IMG/VR virus record: IMGVR_UViG_3300028394_000034
Strand: one strand, 5' to 3'
Source of the DNA: a virus
Length of the DNA stretch: 64,000 nucleotides
Shown one piece after another: positions 46,554 to 56,767 of this stretch; within the stretch, counting starts at the first letter, position 1; each line of letters begins with the position of its first letter. The notes under the pieces were generated by a model. That model ran no database searches, was not told the origin of the DNA, and worked only from the letters and a program-made list of their open reading frames with translations. A program made the translations under genes and the position numbers.

Positions 46554-47719
46554 ATATAGTCTTTAATTAAAGGTAGTATTTCCTGATTAATTTGTTCAAC
46601 AGTCATTGATCCTATATCGTCATGATTGATTTTGATAGTCTTGATATTATAAGTCTTTTCACACTTTTTGTAAATCTGTTCAGCTGCTTTGTGACCAGCG
46701 CTATCATTGTCCATCATAACTACAATAGTCATAGCTCCAGAAGTGTCCAGAATCATTTTTTGTCTATCGCTTAATGAAGCTCCAAATACAGCCACCGAAT
46801 TATTTATTCCCGACTCCTCTAGTCTCCAAACATTTCCCGGACTCTCAACAAGTATTACAGAATGTGAGCTTTTGATTTTTTCTTTAGCTCTACAAAAGTT
46901 GTATAAATGTTCTTGTGTTTTAAATCCTGAGCTATGTCTCCATTTAGAGAATAGCCATAATTTTTCTTCTGGTGGACATTCTTGTGCAGAATCGTGAAAA
47001 GATGAACATTTTGTACACTTTTCAAAAATACTACGTCCAGTACATCCGACCATATAGGAATTTTCCATATCATATACTGGAACTACCGCCCTATTATACA
47101 TCTCTTTATTTGGATTACTACACTCTCCTACATCATATGTTTTTAATATTCCAGGACTAAATCCTCTAGAAATAAAATATGTTGATGGTATATCTAAACT
47201 TTTCTTAATAAGTTCTTTGGTGACTCTAGGAGAGTTATCAACCACTTCTGTATTTATATACTTGATACTATTAACAAAAATATTCTTCTCTTTTTGCTTT
47301 TTACAAACCTTTATTTCTGATATGTCTTGTTTAAGAAAGCTTGAGGCAAAATCAACAGCTTCTTGGAATGAACATAGTTTGTCTCCGGGACTACTCCAGT
47401 TATGCTCGTTATGAGATAAACAACCTCTAATGAATCCTATGATAGAAGACTTAAATGTTTCTTCACATTGATGAGTTCTACATTTCCAATTTCCTCTATA
47501 AGAATCTCCTTGATGGTATAGATTACAAGCCGAGTCATTATCTCCTCCATGTATAGGACAGCTCATTGAGACCATCTTATCCATAAGCTTATAAGATTCA
47601 ACTCCTAAAACAGCCAATAGCTCTTCTATGTTGTCGCATAGAGTATCTGAAATATGTTTAAGTTGAGATTGATCATACGAATGGTATTTCTTCTTTTTCG
47701 TCATTTGTGTCGTTTTCAT
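46550..47719 (-). CDS. dnaG: DNA primase (CHC2 Zn finger and Toprim)
   Basis: CPIHGGDN...WKCRTHQC Zn finger; ILVESPGNV and MMDNDSAG Toprim motifs. Confidence 0.88.
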   Translation of the reverse strand: MKTTQMTKKKKYHSYDQSQLKHISDTLCDNIEELLAVLGVESYKLMDKMVSMSCPIHGGDNDSACNLYHQGDSYRGNWKCRTHQCEETFKSSIIGFIRGCLSHNEHNWSSPGDKLCSFQEAVDFASSFLKQDISEIKVCKKQKEKNIFVNSIKYINTEVVDNSPRVTKELIKKSLDIPSTYFISRGFSPGILKTYDVGECSNPNKEMYNRAVVPVYDMENSYMVGCTGRSIFEKCTKCSSFHDSAQECPPEEKLWLFSKWRHSSGFKTQEHLYNFCRAKEKIKSSHSVILVESPGNVWRLEESGINNSVAVFGASLSDRQKMILDTSGAMTIVVMMDNDSAGHKAAEQIYKKCEKTYNIKTIKINHDDIGSMTVEQINQEILPLIKDYI

Positions 47720-49148
47720 TGACTATAAAACCAGCCTTATCTGATTGGGTATTATGAACAATTTCTAGTTTGGTTCTGCCTTCTTCTATCTTGGCACACC
47801 AACCCTTCATATGACAATTGATATAATCATTGTCATCCAAGCCCCCACCATGTCTGCTAATAATAGGAATTAGCTTCCTATTTCCAGACTTACCAGCATC
47901 TTCCGCTATCTCCTCATCTGATTTTCTCTTAAAGATTGTAAAGTTACTACAAAGCCAAATAATCCTATCTGAACCGCTTGCAGTATCGGTACTCTCTTTT
48001 GTAATTCCATCTCTATTAAGCTGAATAAAAGCTACAATTGGAATCCTGTACTTAACTGCAAAATTATGAAGTGCTGTCATCATGAAACCTAAAACCTGAT
48101 ACTCTTTCATATCCTGAGATATTCCAGCAGAATCCATGAGTTTTAAATAGTCATAAAATATAACACAGTCTTTTGCGGTTCCATCATCATTTAATCCAAC
48201 ATCCTTTACTATCCACCTTCTCATGATCGACAACTGCTCATCAAATGGTTTTCCTGCAATAATCTTATATGATAGTGGAGTTTCTTTTAGTTCTTTGGCA
48301 ACATTCTCTATCTTTCTAAGATTAATAGGAGAATCAGCAAACTTACCAGTTTCAATATGATTAATCTCAATCTCTGTAGACATTGCCATAATACGATTAA
48401 GATGATCTTCTTTACTCATTTCAGTATCCATATTAAGAACCGGAATTTTTAATTTATTAGCAATATAGTATCCCATATTATCTGCTAATAGTGTTTTTCC
48501 AGTCTTAGGTCTGGCAGCAATTACATTGACCGTTCCTTTTCTTAATCCCCCACCAATAGCTTGATCATAAACTGGAAATCCTGTTGAAATACCAACTTGA
48601 TCTACTCTATTAGTTTGTAGAAATTGAATATACTCTTCTATGCCCTCACCAACAGACATTGGAGCATTATCTCCATCATTGTTTAATGATGATGCAAAAT
48701 TGAAAATAGAGTCTTCAGCTATTCCAAGGATGGATGATATTGGTTCTGAACCATTTACATCAAGAAGCTTTTCTTGGGTGGTTTCTAGTTCTTTATGTAA
48801 TAGTCTTGCTATTTCTAGCTTCTTAATTTTAGCTGCAAACTTACGAATATTGTCAAGATTAACAGGAAAATCCTTTACTGCTCTTAAATGTTGAGCCTCC
48901 TCTTTCTTTGCAAAAACATGAGAAAAACCAAGTTCTTGAGCAGCAGAGTAAACCGATGCTATATCTATTGAGGTTTTTTGTTGTTGTTTTTCACAAATAT
49001 TTTTAATACATTGATATATGATTTGATTACTATCAATAGTAAAAGTAGACTCTTGAATCAAGTCTGCTATGTCAAGGAAGGCATTTTCACCATATTGGAG
49101 AATACCACTTAGTACGGCTCTTTCTGCCGAAGGATCGCATAAAATCAT
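47673..49148 (-). CDS. dnaB: Replicative DNA helicase
   Basis: AERAVLSGIL N-domain; GISTGF...GGL; AARPKTGKT Walker A; FYDYLKLM; QLNR. Confidence 0.92.
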   Translation of the reverse strand: MILCDPSAERAVLSGILQYGENAFLDIADLIQESTFTIDSNQIIYQCIKNICEKQQQKTSIDIASVYSAAQELGFSHVFAKKEEAQHLRAVKDFPVNLDNIRKFAAKIKKLEIARLLHKELETTQEKLLDVNGSEPISSILGIAEDSIFNFASSLNNDGDNAPMSVGEGIEEYIQFLQTNRVDQVGISTGFPVYDQAIGGGLRKGTVNVIAARPKTGKTLLADNMGYYIANKLKIPVLNMDTEMSKEDHLNRIMAMSTEIEINHIETGKFADSPINLRKIENVAKELKETPLSYKIIAGKPFDEQLSIMRRWIVKDVGLNDDGTAKDCVIFYDYLKLMDSAGISQDMKEYQVLGFMMTALHNFAVKYRIPIVAFIQLNRDGITKESTDTASGSDRIIWLCSNFTIFKRKSDEEIAEDAGKSGNRKLIPIISRHGGGLDDNDYINCHMKGWCAKIEEGRTKLEIVHNTQSDKAGFIVNENDTNDEKEEIPFV

Positions 49149-49161
49149 ATTATTACTTTAT

Positions 49162-49554
49162 TTAGCCCGCAGAGGTTGAACAGTTGTTGCACTTATATCT
49201 AGTAGGGGAGTCTGAGATCAAAGCAGGGTTGATTTCTTCCGTTTTTCCGCAAACCCTACACTTAACAGAAATAGGCTCAAATTCTCTTGACCTAGCTACC
49301 GGAGGATGCTTTGTTAAAAGCTTATCTATAACGGAATCATCTTTGTGCATATCCTTTTCAGGCATATCTAAAAACTTATTAGGTCTTTGCTTTTTAGGAT
49401 CTCTTTTGGGGTTTTTTGTTCTAACAGGACTGACAAATTCCTCCTCATTTTTTTCTGGAGGATCATATTTATCATCTTTTGGTAGTAAGCCCTGTAAAAG
49501 AGCTATAAACTGTTTTAGTTGCTCTGGATTTTTTGTTATATCATTAAGATCCAT
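49162..49554 (-). CDS. Hypothetical protein with C-terminal Zn ribbon
   Basis: CRVC...CNNC. Confidence 0.7.
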   Translation of the reverse strand: MDLNDITKNPEQLKQFIALLQGLLPKDDKYDPPEKNEEEFVSPVRTKNPKRDPKKQRPNKFLDMPEKDMHKDDSVIDKLLTKHPPVARSREFEPISVKCRVCGKTEEINPALISDSPTRYKCNNCSTSAG

Positions 49555-50035
49555 GTGTTTTCACCTTAGTCTTTTGAATAGAGAGTAGAATACTAGAAAG
49601 ATTATTTAAACTATTAGCGATATAAGAGAGTCTATCTATTCTTTGTTTGGCATATTTTCTAATACTACTGAGAGTAGTAGCTTTATCATTATGTTTAATT
49701 GCCTGAAGAGACTTCTCTATATATCCATATCCTTTATAGTTGTTAATTTCATCGGCTATGGTCTCTTTAATTGTTTCTTCGGCCCAATTATGTCTGGCAG
49801 TTTCTCTATTAATAGTTCTTTGGATATGAAATGAGAACTGAGCCAACCTATATGCTATTTGAGCACAATCTTCTGGAGAGAGTTTTTCTAACTGATCTCT
49901 ATCCATAGTCAAATAATTATTCAGTTCTTCTTCTTGCAAAACAGAAGCAGAATATGATGGTAGAGAAATGCTCTTTTCATAGTCATCAAGAATAGTATCC
50001 CAATGTTGTAGTTCTTCTTTTGATGTCTTAGCCAT
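49544..50035 (-). CDS. Helical hypothetical protein (possible UvsY-like recombination mediator)
   Basis: Predominantly helical/coiled-coil pattern two genes from recA; function is inference only. Confidence 0.5.
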   Translation of the reverse strand: MAKTSKEELQHWDTILDDYEKSISLPSYSASVLQEEELNNYLTMDRDQLEKLSPEDCAQIAYRLAQFSFHIQRTINRETARHNWAEETIKETIADEINNYKGYGYIEKSLQAIKHNDKATTLSSIRKYAKQRIDRLSYIANSLNNLSSILLSIQKTKVKTHGS

Positions 50036-50435
50036 TATTCAATCTTTCTTGCCACTGTTCTATAGTTTCATTATAAGGTAGTACAATTTGTCTAATATTA
50101 TTAATCTCACACCATTCAGTCTTTTCTCTGTCTCTTTTTTGAGACTTTAAAAATCCTAATTGGGTATTATGATAAAATCCAACGAATTTATAATGTTGCT
50201 CTCCATGTACTTCTATACAGGTTTTAATTAATGGCAAATAAAAGTCTAAATATAGACTTTCAGATTTTCTTAATTGTATTGGAACTTCTTCCAAGATTTG
50301 TAGAGTAGGAAAATGGTTAGTTATTAGATCCCTAGCTTTGATATGGAACTGAGACTTGTGATCTATTTTACCCTTTGCCATGTGTCCTGTCAAGTGCCAA
50401 GAATGGGAATTTCCATCTAGATCTCTGATAGTCAT
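50028..50435 (-). CDS. DUF559-like PD-(D/E)xK endonuclease
   Basis: LYLDFYLP...IEVHGEQHY...RDREK..WC. Confidence 0.75.
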   Translation of the reverse strand: MTIRDLDGNSHSWHLTGHMAKGKIDHKSQFHIKARDLITNHFPTLQILEEVPIQLRKSESLYLDFYLPLIKTCIEVHGEQHYKFVGFYHNTQLGFLKSQKRDREKTEWCEINNIRQIVLPYNETIEQWQERLNNG

Positions 50436-51445
50436 TTTATTCCCATAGTCTCCTTAACTGACTTCCATAATTCTTCATATACCTTTGGGTTTTCTAATAG
50501 ATATGCTCTAACTTTTTCAGTTCCTTGAAATTTCGGTTTGTCTGCTACTCCTATTAGGGTATACCAAGCACCACCTTTTTGTATTAGTCCAATATCAGAA
50601 GCTAAATTAATTAATTCCATATTTTTATCTACTCCATGACCATACCTTAGATAGCTAGTAATAGTAGCTCCGGGAGCACCCAAAGCAGAACATAATACTT
50701 GCCATTCAACTTCTTGTCCTATTTGTGTACTATCGGCACTTAAGACCCAAGGCTTGAAGGTTTTTGCTCTTAACTTAACGTCTGTTTGATAAGCAATAGC
50801 CTGACCAGACTTTTCTTTAAATTCTGCCCCATATCCTGTAGGGTTTCCCATTAAATGCGTAATGCCTATAACGATATTTTTATTCACAGGAATAACATTT
50901 GCTACCTTTCGACAAAATTTAGCTAATAACTTAGCTCCATCTGCCCTTTGCATTTTATCCATATCTGATGTAATTTCTGCTTCAGTACATAGTGCAGAAT
51001 ATGAGTCTATGATCATTACCGATCCTGGGATCTCGTTAATAATTCTTTCTGCTATTTGCAAATACTCTTCAGCATGAAGAATCTTACCTTGTTGGGAACC
51101 TATAACATGAAATCTATTAAGATCTAATCCTGGAATTCCTTCAAGATCTCGTTTCTTTAATCTACCTTCTATGTTAAGGTAGTACACTTCTCTACCTTCT
51201 TTAAAAGAACCATAAGCATATTCTGGTTTCTGAGCAGTTGCACAGAAGTCCAAGCTTGTTGTTGTCTTTCCACATTTAGGCTGACCAGTTAATACTACGA
51301 AACTACCCTCTGGAATTCCTCCGTTAAGAATAATATCTAGAGATGGACTTACTGGAATAGTAATAATTTTCTTATCTACTATAGCATTGCCATTTAAGAT
51401 AATGTTATCGCCAAATGTTTTAGTAACGTCCTCTTTAAGAGCCAT
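50432..51445 (-). CDS. recA: RecA/UvsX recombinase
   Basis: SPSLDIILNGGIPEG, GQPKCGKT Walker A, MIIDSYSAL, GQAIAYQTDVKL, GAWY. Confidence 0.92.
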   Translation of the reverse strand: MALKEDVTKTFGDNIILNGNAIVDKKIITIPVSPSLDIILNGGIPEGSFVVLTGQPKCGKTTTSLDFCATAQKPEYAYGSFKEGREVYYLNIEGRLKKRDLEGIPGLDLNRFHVIGSQQGKILHAEEYLQIAERIINEIPGSVMIIDSYSALCTEAEITSDMDKMQRADGAKLLAKFCRKVANVIPVNKNIVIGITHLMGNPTGYGAEFKEKSGQAIAYQTDVKLRAKTFKPWVLSADSTQIGQEVEWQVLCSALGAPGATITSYLRYGHGVDKNMELINLASDIGLIQKGGAWYTLIGVADKPKFQGTEKVRAYLLENPKVYEELWKSVKETMGIK

Positions 51446-51860
51446 GATCAAGATCCTTTAGTTTACTAAGAATAGTTTTAGATTTAGTAGTTTCCTTGCG
51501 AAAAGATTTATTTTCTTTTCTATCTATATCCAGCGTCAATTCCAAATTCTGAGATTCAAGTAGGTTTTGTTTTTCTTCTATAATAGCTGGAAGATGAGGG
51601 GCTCGCAAAGAGTATATTTTCTCTGCTTTCTTGTCTGTCAGTGCAGCTATAATAGCTTTTGCTGGGTACTTCTTTAATAGAGTATGTGATGTTGCTATCT
51701 GATTTCTATAATAAGTAGCCCAAGCTTTACTAGTCCAAAACCTATAATGTAAATCTAGTTTATCTTTCTTTGCTTTATTCTCACATATTAGTTCAGTAAT
51801 ATACTGAGCCGCCGAAACAGATTTCCCATTCGAATACTTTGAAATATATCTATTATCCAT
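51435..51860 (-). CDS. Hypothetical protein
   Basis: Probable start MDNRY at 51860 overlaps the upstream stop; operon coupling on both ends. Confidence 0.7.
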   Translation of the reverse strand: MDNRYISKYSNGKSVSAAQYITELICENKAKKDKLDLHYRFWTSKAWATYYRNQIATSHTLLKKYPAKAIIAALTDKKAEKIYSLRAPHLPAIIEEKQNLLESQNLELTLDIDRKENKSFRKETTKSKTILSKLKDLDHGS

Positions 51861-52200
51861 TAGATTTTGGTCTGAAAATACCTTTTTCAACTTTGGGGTT
51901 TGGTGATCCTTGATTTTTTGTGCTATCATTTAGTTCTGATGCTTCCTTGGTCATGATCGAAACATTGTTGCTCTTTTTTGCAGCCGTCTGTCTGATCATA
52001 AGGTTGTGTGATCGACTAGCTGCGGATGATTTCTTAGTCTTGATAGCTGTTTCATCTTGCTTAGTAGAGGTATTCTTTTCAAGAATTTTAATTACTTGAT
52101 TTTCTGTTAAAGACAATTCCTCTGCTATTTTATCACTCTTTTGTCCTTGACTTTCTAGCCATCGTATTGCATAAATTTGCGTTTGATTTAGTCTAGCCAT
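51853..52200 (-). CDS. Hypothetical protein with N-terminal HTH-like segment
   Basis: SDKIAEELSLTENQVIKIL; probable start MARL at 52200. Confidence 0.65.
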   Translation of the reverse strand: MARLNQTQIYAIRWLESQGQKSDKIAEELSLTENQVIKILEKNTSTKQDETAIKTKKSSAASRSHNLMIRQTAAKKSNNVSIMTKEASELNDSTKNQGSPNPKVEKGIFRPKSNG

Positions 52201-52583
52201 TATTGCATCTCTCTTTCTGCGTTGTGTAACCATGCTACGTTTTTGGTTCTTAAAAAATTAACATAGAGTCCGAATACTTTTGGATTAACTTCTTTGAATT
52301 TGTTTTGAGATCTACATACCCTATCTAAAAAAGAATTTGGTTGTTCTTTCCCATACATAGAAACAGGGTTTTGTAACTTTCCATTATTATTCAGTTTGAT
52401 AGAATATCTGGCAGAACCATCGTCTCTAGCTATCTTTTTAGCTAAAACTCTTGAGTCTGTTTCTTTAGTAACTCTGGGATTATTATCAGAATCTAGAAAT
52501 TCTTCTGAACCGATAGAACAATAATACTCATTTAGAGTTTCTGTTTCGATCTCTTGTTTTTGCTCAAATATAAAATCACTCAT
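52200..52583 (-). CDS. Hypothetical protein
   Basis: Coupled ORF on the coding strand. Confidence 0.7.
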   Translation of the reverse strand: MSDFIFEQKQEIETETLNEYYCSIGSEEFLDSDNNPRVTKETDSRVLAKKIARDDGSARYSIKLNNNGKLQNPVSMYGKEQPNSFLDRVCRSQNKFKEVNPKVFGLYVNFLRTKNVAWLHNAEREMQ

Positions 52584-52935
52584 TATTCTCTCCAGCTTCA
52601 GGTTTATTTTCGGGTTCTGGATCGGCTTGTTTCGCCGATTCTGCTAAACAATTCTCTAGAAAACTAAAAAAGGAATCCATATACATATCATAGTCAACAC
52701 CTTCTGGTACTGGTATATGATAATTTTTTGAACAAATTCTTTTAGACTTAACGGTTTCTCCTTTGTCATTCTCTTCCAAAACATTAGCTACTATAGAAAA
52801 AACTATTTCGTGTTTGCAGTCTATTAATTTTTCTACTGATCCATCTAAATTTTGTTCCATATTCCCATGTCCAGCAAAGGACTTGAGATATTCCATTAGT
52901 TCAGGATCTAAGTCGTTGTCTTTTGATTCTTTCAT
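52576..52935 (-). CDS. Acidic hypothetical protein
   Basis: Coupled ORF on the coding strand. Confidence 0.65.
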   Translation of the reverse strand: MKESKDNDLDPELMEYLKSFAGHGNMEQNLDGSVEKLIDCKHEIVFSIVANVLEENDKGETVKSKRICSKNYHIPVPEGVDYDMYMDSFFSFLENCLAESAKQADPEPENKPEAGENNE

Positions 52936-52936
52936 A

Positions 52937-53284
52937 TTATGTCCATTTAGTCTTAGTTTGTTTCTTAAGTCTACTCATTCCTGTTGGTAGTTCTTTCTTG
53001 GGAGCTTCTTCTTTATATTCATTATGTTTTTGCTTTAATGATTTAATTTCGTCGCTACTCATTCTGTCTCTATTTCTATTAGCCAAATCTCCAATAGTCT
53101 TTAGTTCGTTATCAGATTTCTTAACAGAAGTATTAAGAGTCTTTAAGTCTTCGACATATAGCCTATGAACATATTTATTTGTTTTGCATCTTGTGCAGCT
53201 AACTGCTCCTGTATAGTCTTTGATAGAGCAGATAATTTCAAATGACTCAGAACATTTCTCACAAACAAAAGAATAAGCAGGCAT
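52937..53284 (-). CDS. FmdB-family Zn-ribbon protein
   Basis: MPAYSFVCEKC..FE...CTRC signature. Confidence 0.8.
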   Translation of the reverse strand: MPAYSFVCEKCSESFEIICSIKDYTGAVSCTRCKTNKYVHRLYVEDLKTLNTSVKKSDNELKTIGDLANRNRDRMSSDEIKSLKQKHNEYKEEAPKKELPTGMSRLKKQTKTKWT

Positions 53285-53288
53285 AATT

Positions 53289-53870
53289 TTATGTATAGGA
53301 TTCTGGAAGATAGATGGTCCATTCAATGGGTATGTCTGACCTTATCTTAAGAAGAAAGTGAGTGAGTGGCAAGTATTTTGAACTCTTAACGGGGACCACA
53401 GGCATATTTTTTAATGGCATATTGGCCTGTTTTGGAGTTCTATTCTCTTTTTTTCTATTACATTCTACACAAGCAGTAACTATATTTGTCCAATTAGTAG
53501 GAGATACGCTTTGGTGCTTTAATACAGATTTAGGGATAACATGGTCATAAGTTAATTCTTTGATATCTTTTTTATGTCCACAATATTGACACGAATAATT
53601 ATCTCTGATAAAAATATTTTTTCTAGAGAAACTTACTTGTTGATTATGTATTCGGAAATACTTAGCTGTTTTTACAACTGCTGGAATCGGAAATTTCTTA
53701 TTATTAGTTCCTAGAATATAATCATCTTTATAGAAATCTATAACCTCAACACCTGTTGTTGAGTCATTATCGTGTTTGATAGACCATATCAATGCTCTTT
53801 TCCAACAAATAATACCCAGTGGGGTATAATCAGCATTCAGAACTAAGCATCTACTATTTTTTGTCTTCAT
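53289..53870 (-). CDS. HNH endonuclease (McrA-like)
   Basis: CLVLNADY; IFIRDNYSCQYCG...TYDHVIPKS...NIVTACVECNRKK. Confidence 0.9.
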   Translation of the reverse strand: MKTKNSRCLVLNADYTPLGIICWKRALIWSIKHDNDSTTGVEVIDFYKDDYILGTNNKKFPIPAVVKTAKYFRIHNQQVSFSRKNIFIRDNYSCQYCGHKKDIKELTYDHVIPKSVLKHQSVSPTNWTNIVTACVECNRKKENRTPKQANMPLKNMPVVPVKSSKYLPLTHFLLKIRSDIPIEWTIYLPESYT

Positions 53871-54582
53871 TTTCGAATGAGTCTAAACGTACTAAAATTT
53901 TTCCAATGATTGGGTTTCTAACAATATCTGAAACTTGTAATCTTGATATTCCTATTCCATCAACACCATCTAAAACTGAAGTCATTGAATAGAAACCTCC
54001 TTGAAGGTGTCTATTTAAATCAGATTGACTAACGTCTCCAGTTAATATCATTTTGCTATTATTCCCTAATCTTGTGATAAGCATTTTTAGCTGATCATAA
54101 GAAGCATTCTGACATTCATCTGCAACTATGAAAGCGTCATGAAAATTACGACCTCTCATATGTCCAAGAGGAACAATCTCTATTTTGTTATTTGTTTTAA
54201 GGCTAGTATACTGAGCACTTGGAATAAAATGATTTACCTCATCTAATAATGGTAAAAGATAAGGATGTAATTTTTCTTCGGCTGTGCCGGGTAAGTATCC
54301 TATTTTTTCTCCTGATTCAACTACTGGTCTGGTGATAACAATCTTTTTAACTTTTTCATCTAATAGATATTCAAGAGCCATACCTATAGCGATGTGTGTT
54401 TTACCACTACCAGCAACGCCTTGGCAGAAAGTAATATGATTTTCTGCTATAGTTCTGATATACTCTTTTTGATTTTCACTTCTAGGTTTTAATCTATTCC
54501 TATAATGATGAGGGACTTGGATAGGAGCAGTAGCATCAATCACCTTAGATCTTCTAGAAGACCGTTTATTATTTTTTTTCAA
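53854..54582 (-). CDS. phoH: PhoH-like ATPase
   Basis: GVAGSGKT, ITRPVVE.GE.IGYLPG, PLGHMRGRNF, DECQN, TRLG, GDVSQSD. Confidence 0.95.
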   Translation of the reverse strand: MKKNNKRSSRRSKVIDATAPIQVPHHYRNRLKPRSENQKEYIRTIAENHITFCQGVAGSGKTHIAIGMALEYLLDEKVKKIVITRPVVESGEKIGYLPGTAEEKLHPYLLPLLDEVNHFIPSAQYTSLKTNNKIEIVPLGHMRGRNFHDAFIVADECQNASYDQLKMLITRLGNNSKMILTGDVSQSDLNRHLQGGFYSMTSVLDGVDGIGISRLQVSDIVRNPIIGKILVRLDSFENEDKK

Positions 54583-54619
54583 GAGTAAGCCCTTGTTAAT
54601 AGATATAAAATAACTCTTG

Positions 54620-54635
54620 TATCATAATATACACC
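54620..54635 (-). promoter_or_regulatory. GGTGTA-TA motif, candidate phage promoter
   Basis: GGTGTATATTATGATA in the dut-phoH intergenic gap. Confidence 0.5.
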
Positions 54636-54664
54636 ATAAGTTACCTTCTATTAGCATTAAATTA

Positions 54665-55087
54665 CTACCCTGTTGATCCAAAACCCCCATCTCCGCGAGT
54701 GGTATCAGATAATGAATCAACCTCTTTGATTGTCATATTATAATGAGCTTCTATGATTAATTGGGCTATCCTATCTCCTGCTCTGATATTAAAAATCTTT
54801 TGAGTATCAGTATTCAGGAGAATAACCCCAACCTCACCCCTATACGAGCTATCAACAACCCCAGCTAAAACATCTATGCCACTTTTGTATGCTAGTCCAG
54901 ATCGTGGAGCTATTCTTGCATAATAACTTTCTGGAACTTCTAATGAAATTCCAGTTTTTACTAATGCCCTACTTGATGGTGCAATTTTAACATCCTCTAG
55001 TGCATATAGGTCAGCACCAGCATCTGTAGGATTTGCTCTTGTCGGAATAATTGCTTTAGGATCTAATTTTTTAATCTTTAATATCAT
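54665..55087 (-). CDS. dut: Trimeric dUTPase
   Basis: AGADL, IAPRSGLA, GVVDSSYRGE, RIAQL, RGDGGFGSTG. Confidence 0.97.
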   Translation of the reverse strand: MILKIKKLDPKAIIPTRANPTDAGADLYALEDVKIAPSSRALVKTGISLEVPESYYARIAPRSGLAYKSGIDVLAGVVDSSYRGEVGVILLNTDTQKIFNIRAGDRIAQLIIEAHYNMTIKEVDSLSDTTRGDGGFGSTG

Positions 55088-56740
55088 TTATGACTCACAT
55101 GAAACACAGGTTAAAATACTTCTTGCTAATTCTTGTGCCGGATTAGCGGATCTTTGATAGTAGAAAGTTTTGATTCCCATTTCCCAACCATCTATTAAAA
55201 GAGTGCTTACCTCTTTTGGAGGGCAGGAGGGACTTATCATAATATTCAGAGACTGAGACTGGTCAATGTACTTTTGTCTTTGTGCTGCTTGTATAACAAT
55301 TTCTTTCTGACTAATCTCTCCGAAAGTTTTAAATACAACTTTCTCTTCATCTGTCAAGAAATCTAAATGTTGAACAGAACCTCCACGGATTAGAATACTC
55401 TTCCAGGTTTCTTCATCATTTTTTTCATGCTTTTTAAGGATTTCTTTTAAATAGGGATTCTTGTATGTAAATTTACCCTTAGCTAAATTTTTAACAAAGT
55501 AGTTTGAATTTAATGGTTCAATAGATGGACTAACTTGCCCTAGAATAAATGAACTAGAAGTTGTTGGTGCAACAGCTATTGTTGTTACGTTCCTTCTTCC
55601 ATATCCCTTTAGTAGAGGTGGTTCTCCTAATAAGGTAGCAAGTTCTTCTGAAGCCTTATCTGCTTTACTCTTAATAGTTTTCCAAATTTGAGTATTAAGT
55701 AATTTAGCTTCCATAGATTCAAATGAAATCATCTTAGATTGTAATAATGAATGCCAACCTAATACTCCCATACCTAAAGCTCTTTGCTCTTTAGCAAACT
55801 TATTGGCGGATTCCATAAATTTCATATTTTCTGTTTTATCTATAAACTCTTGATTAACTGTATCAAGAAAATAAATGAGCGTTTCAATGGCATCTGTTTC
55901 TTTGATCTCATCCCAATGTAATAGGTTCAGAGAAGAAAGAACACAAACGAACGAGTTGTTCTCATCAGATAGCAACTGTATCTCGCTGCAAAGGTTTGAG
56001 GCTTTGATTTTTAAGTCTTTGTCTCTGTATGCCTGTGGTGAGTTTTTATTTGTTGTATCGCTAAACATTAAATAAGGATAGCCAGTTTCAAAGCGTTTTT
56101 GAATAACTTTAGCCCATATTCTTCTCTTCTCCTTATCTCCATTTTTCATGTCTGTCATCCATTGATCAGAGATAGTTACTCCAATACTCATATTCTGAAT
56201 AGAGTGACCTTCTGATCTTATTTGTAAAAACTCTTCGATATCTGGATGATCAATAGAGAGATATGCAGCAAAAGAACCTCTTCTAGCTGCTCCTTGAGAA
56301 ACAACGTCTGCTACCTTATCAAATAATTCCATAAAATGAACAGGACCGCTAGACTCTCCTCCTACGCTAATCTTAGCACCTCTATTTCTGAGATCTCCAA
56401 AATAGCCACTAGTTCCACCACCCATTTTACTCATTGTTCCGACTTCAGCAGTCTTATTTAAGATAGATTCCATAGTATCATGGACATAAGAACCAAAACA
56501 AGATACAGGTAAACCCCTCTCGTTTCCAAAATTAGTCCAGACAGGAGTGGCAAGTGAATAAAAGCCCCTAGCCATATAGTCTTCAAACTTATCAGCAAAA
56601 CCTTTGATATTTAGAAATTTTTCTGCGTTTTCTGCTATTTCTCTGATTCTCTTTTCCGGAGTTACTCCTTCATTGAGGTATCCTCTTTCCAAGAAAATTC
56701 GACTGTGAGAATTAAGCCAATAGTATCTCTTATGATTCAT
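55088..56740 (-). CDS. nrdA: Class I ribonucleotide reductase alpha subunit, short, no ATP cone
   Basis: PVSCF, GGGTSG, RRGSFAAY, SNLCSEI, APTTSSS, DQSQSLN, TFYY, C-terminal CVSC. Confidence 0.93.
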   Translation of the reverse strand: MNHKRYYWLNSHSRIFLERGYLNEGVTPEKRIREIAENAEKFLNIKGFADKFEDYMARGFYSLATPVWTNFGNERGLPVSCFGSYVHDTMESILNKTAEVGTMSKMGGGTSGYFGDLRNRGAKISVGGESSGPVHFMELFDKVADVVSQGAARRGSFAAYLSIDHPDIEEFLQIRSEGHSIQNMSIGVTISDQWMTDMKNGDKEKRRIWAKVIQKRFETGYPYLMFSDTTNKNSPQAYRDKDLKIKASNLCSEIQLLSDENNSFVCVLSSLNLLHWDEIKETDAIETLIYFLDTVNQEFIDKTENMKFMESANKFAKEQRALGMGVLGWHSLLQSKMISFESMEAKLLNTQIWKTIKSKADKASEELATLLGEPPLLKGYGRRNVTTIAVAPTTSSSFILGQVSPSIEPLNSNYFVKNLAKGKFTYKNPYLKEILKKHEKNDEETWKSILIRGGSVQHLDFLTDEEKVVFKTFGEISQKEIVIQAAQRQKYIDQSQSLNIMISPSCPPKEVSTLLIDGWEMGIKTFYYQRSANPAQELARSILTCVSCES

Positions 56741-56767
56741 GAGGGTGTCTTTCTAAGGTTCAATAAA

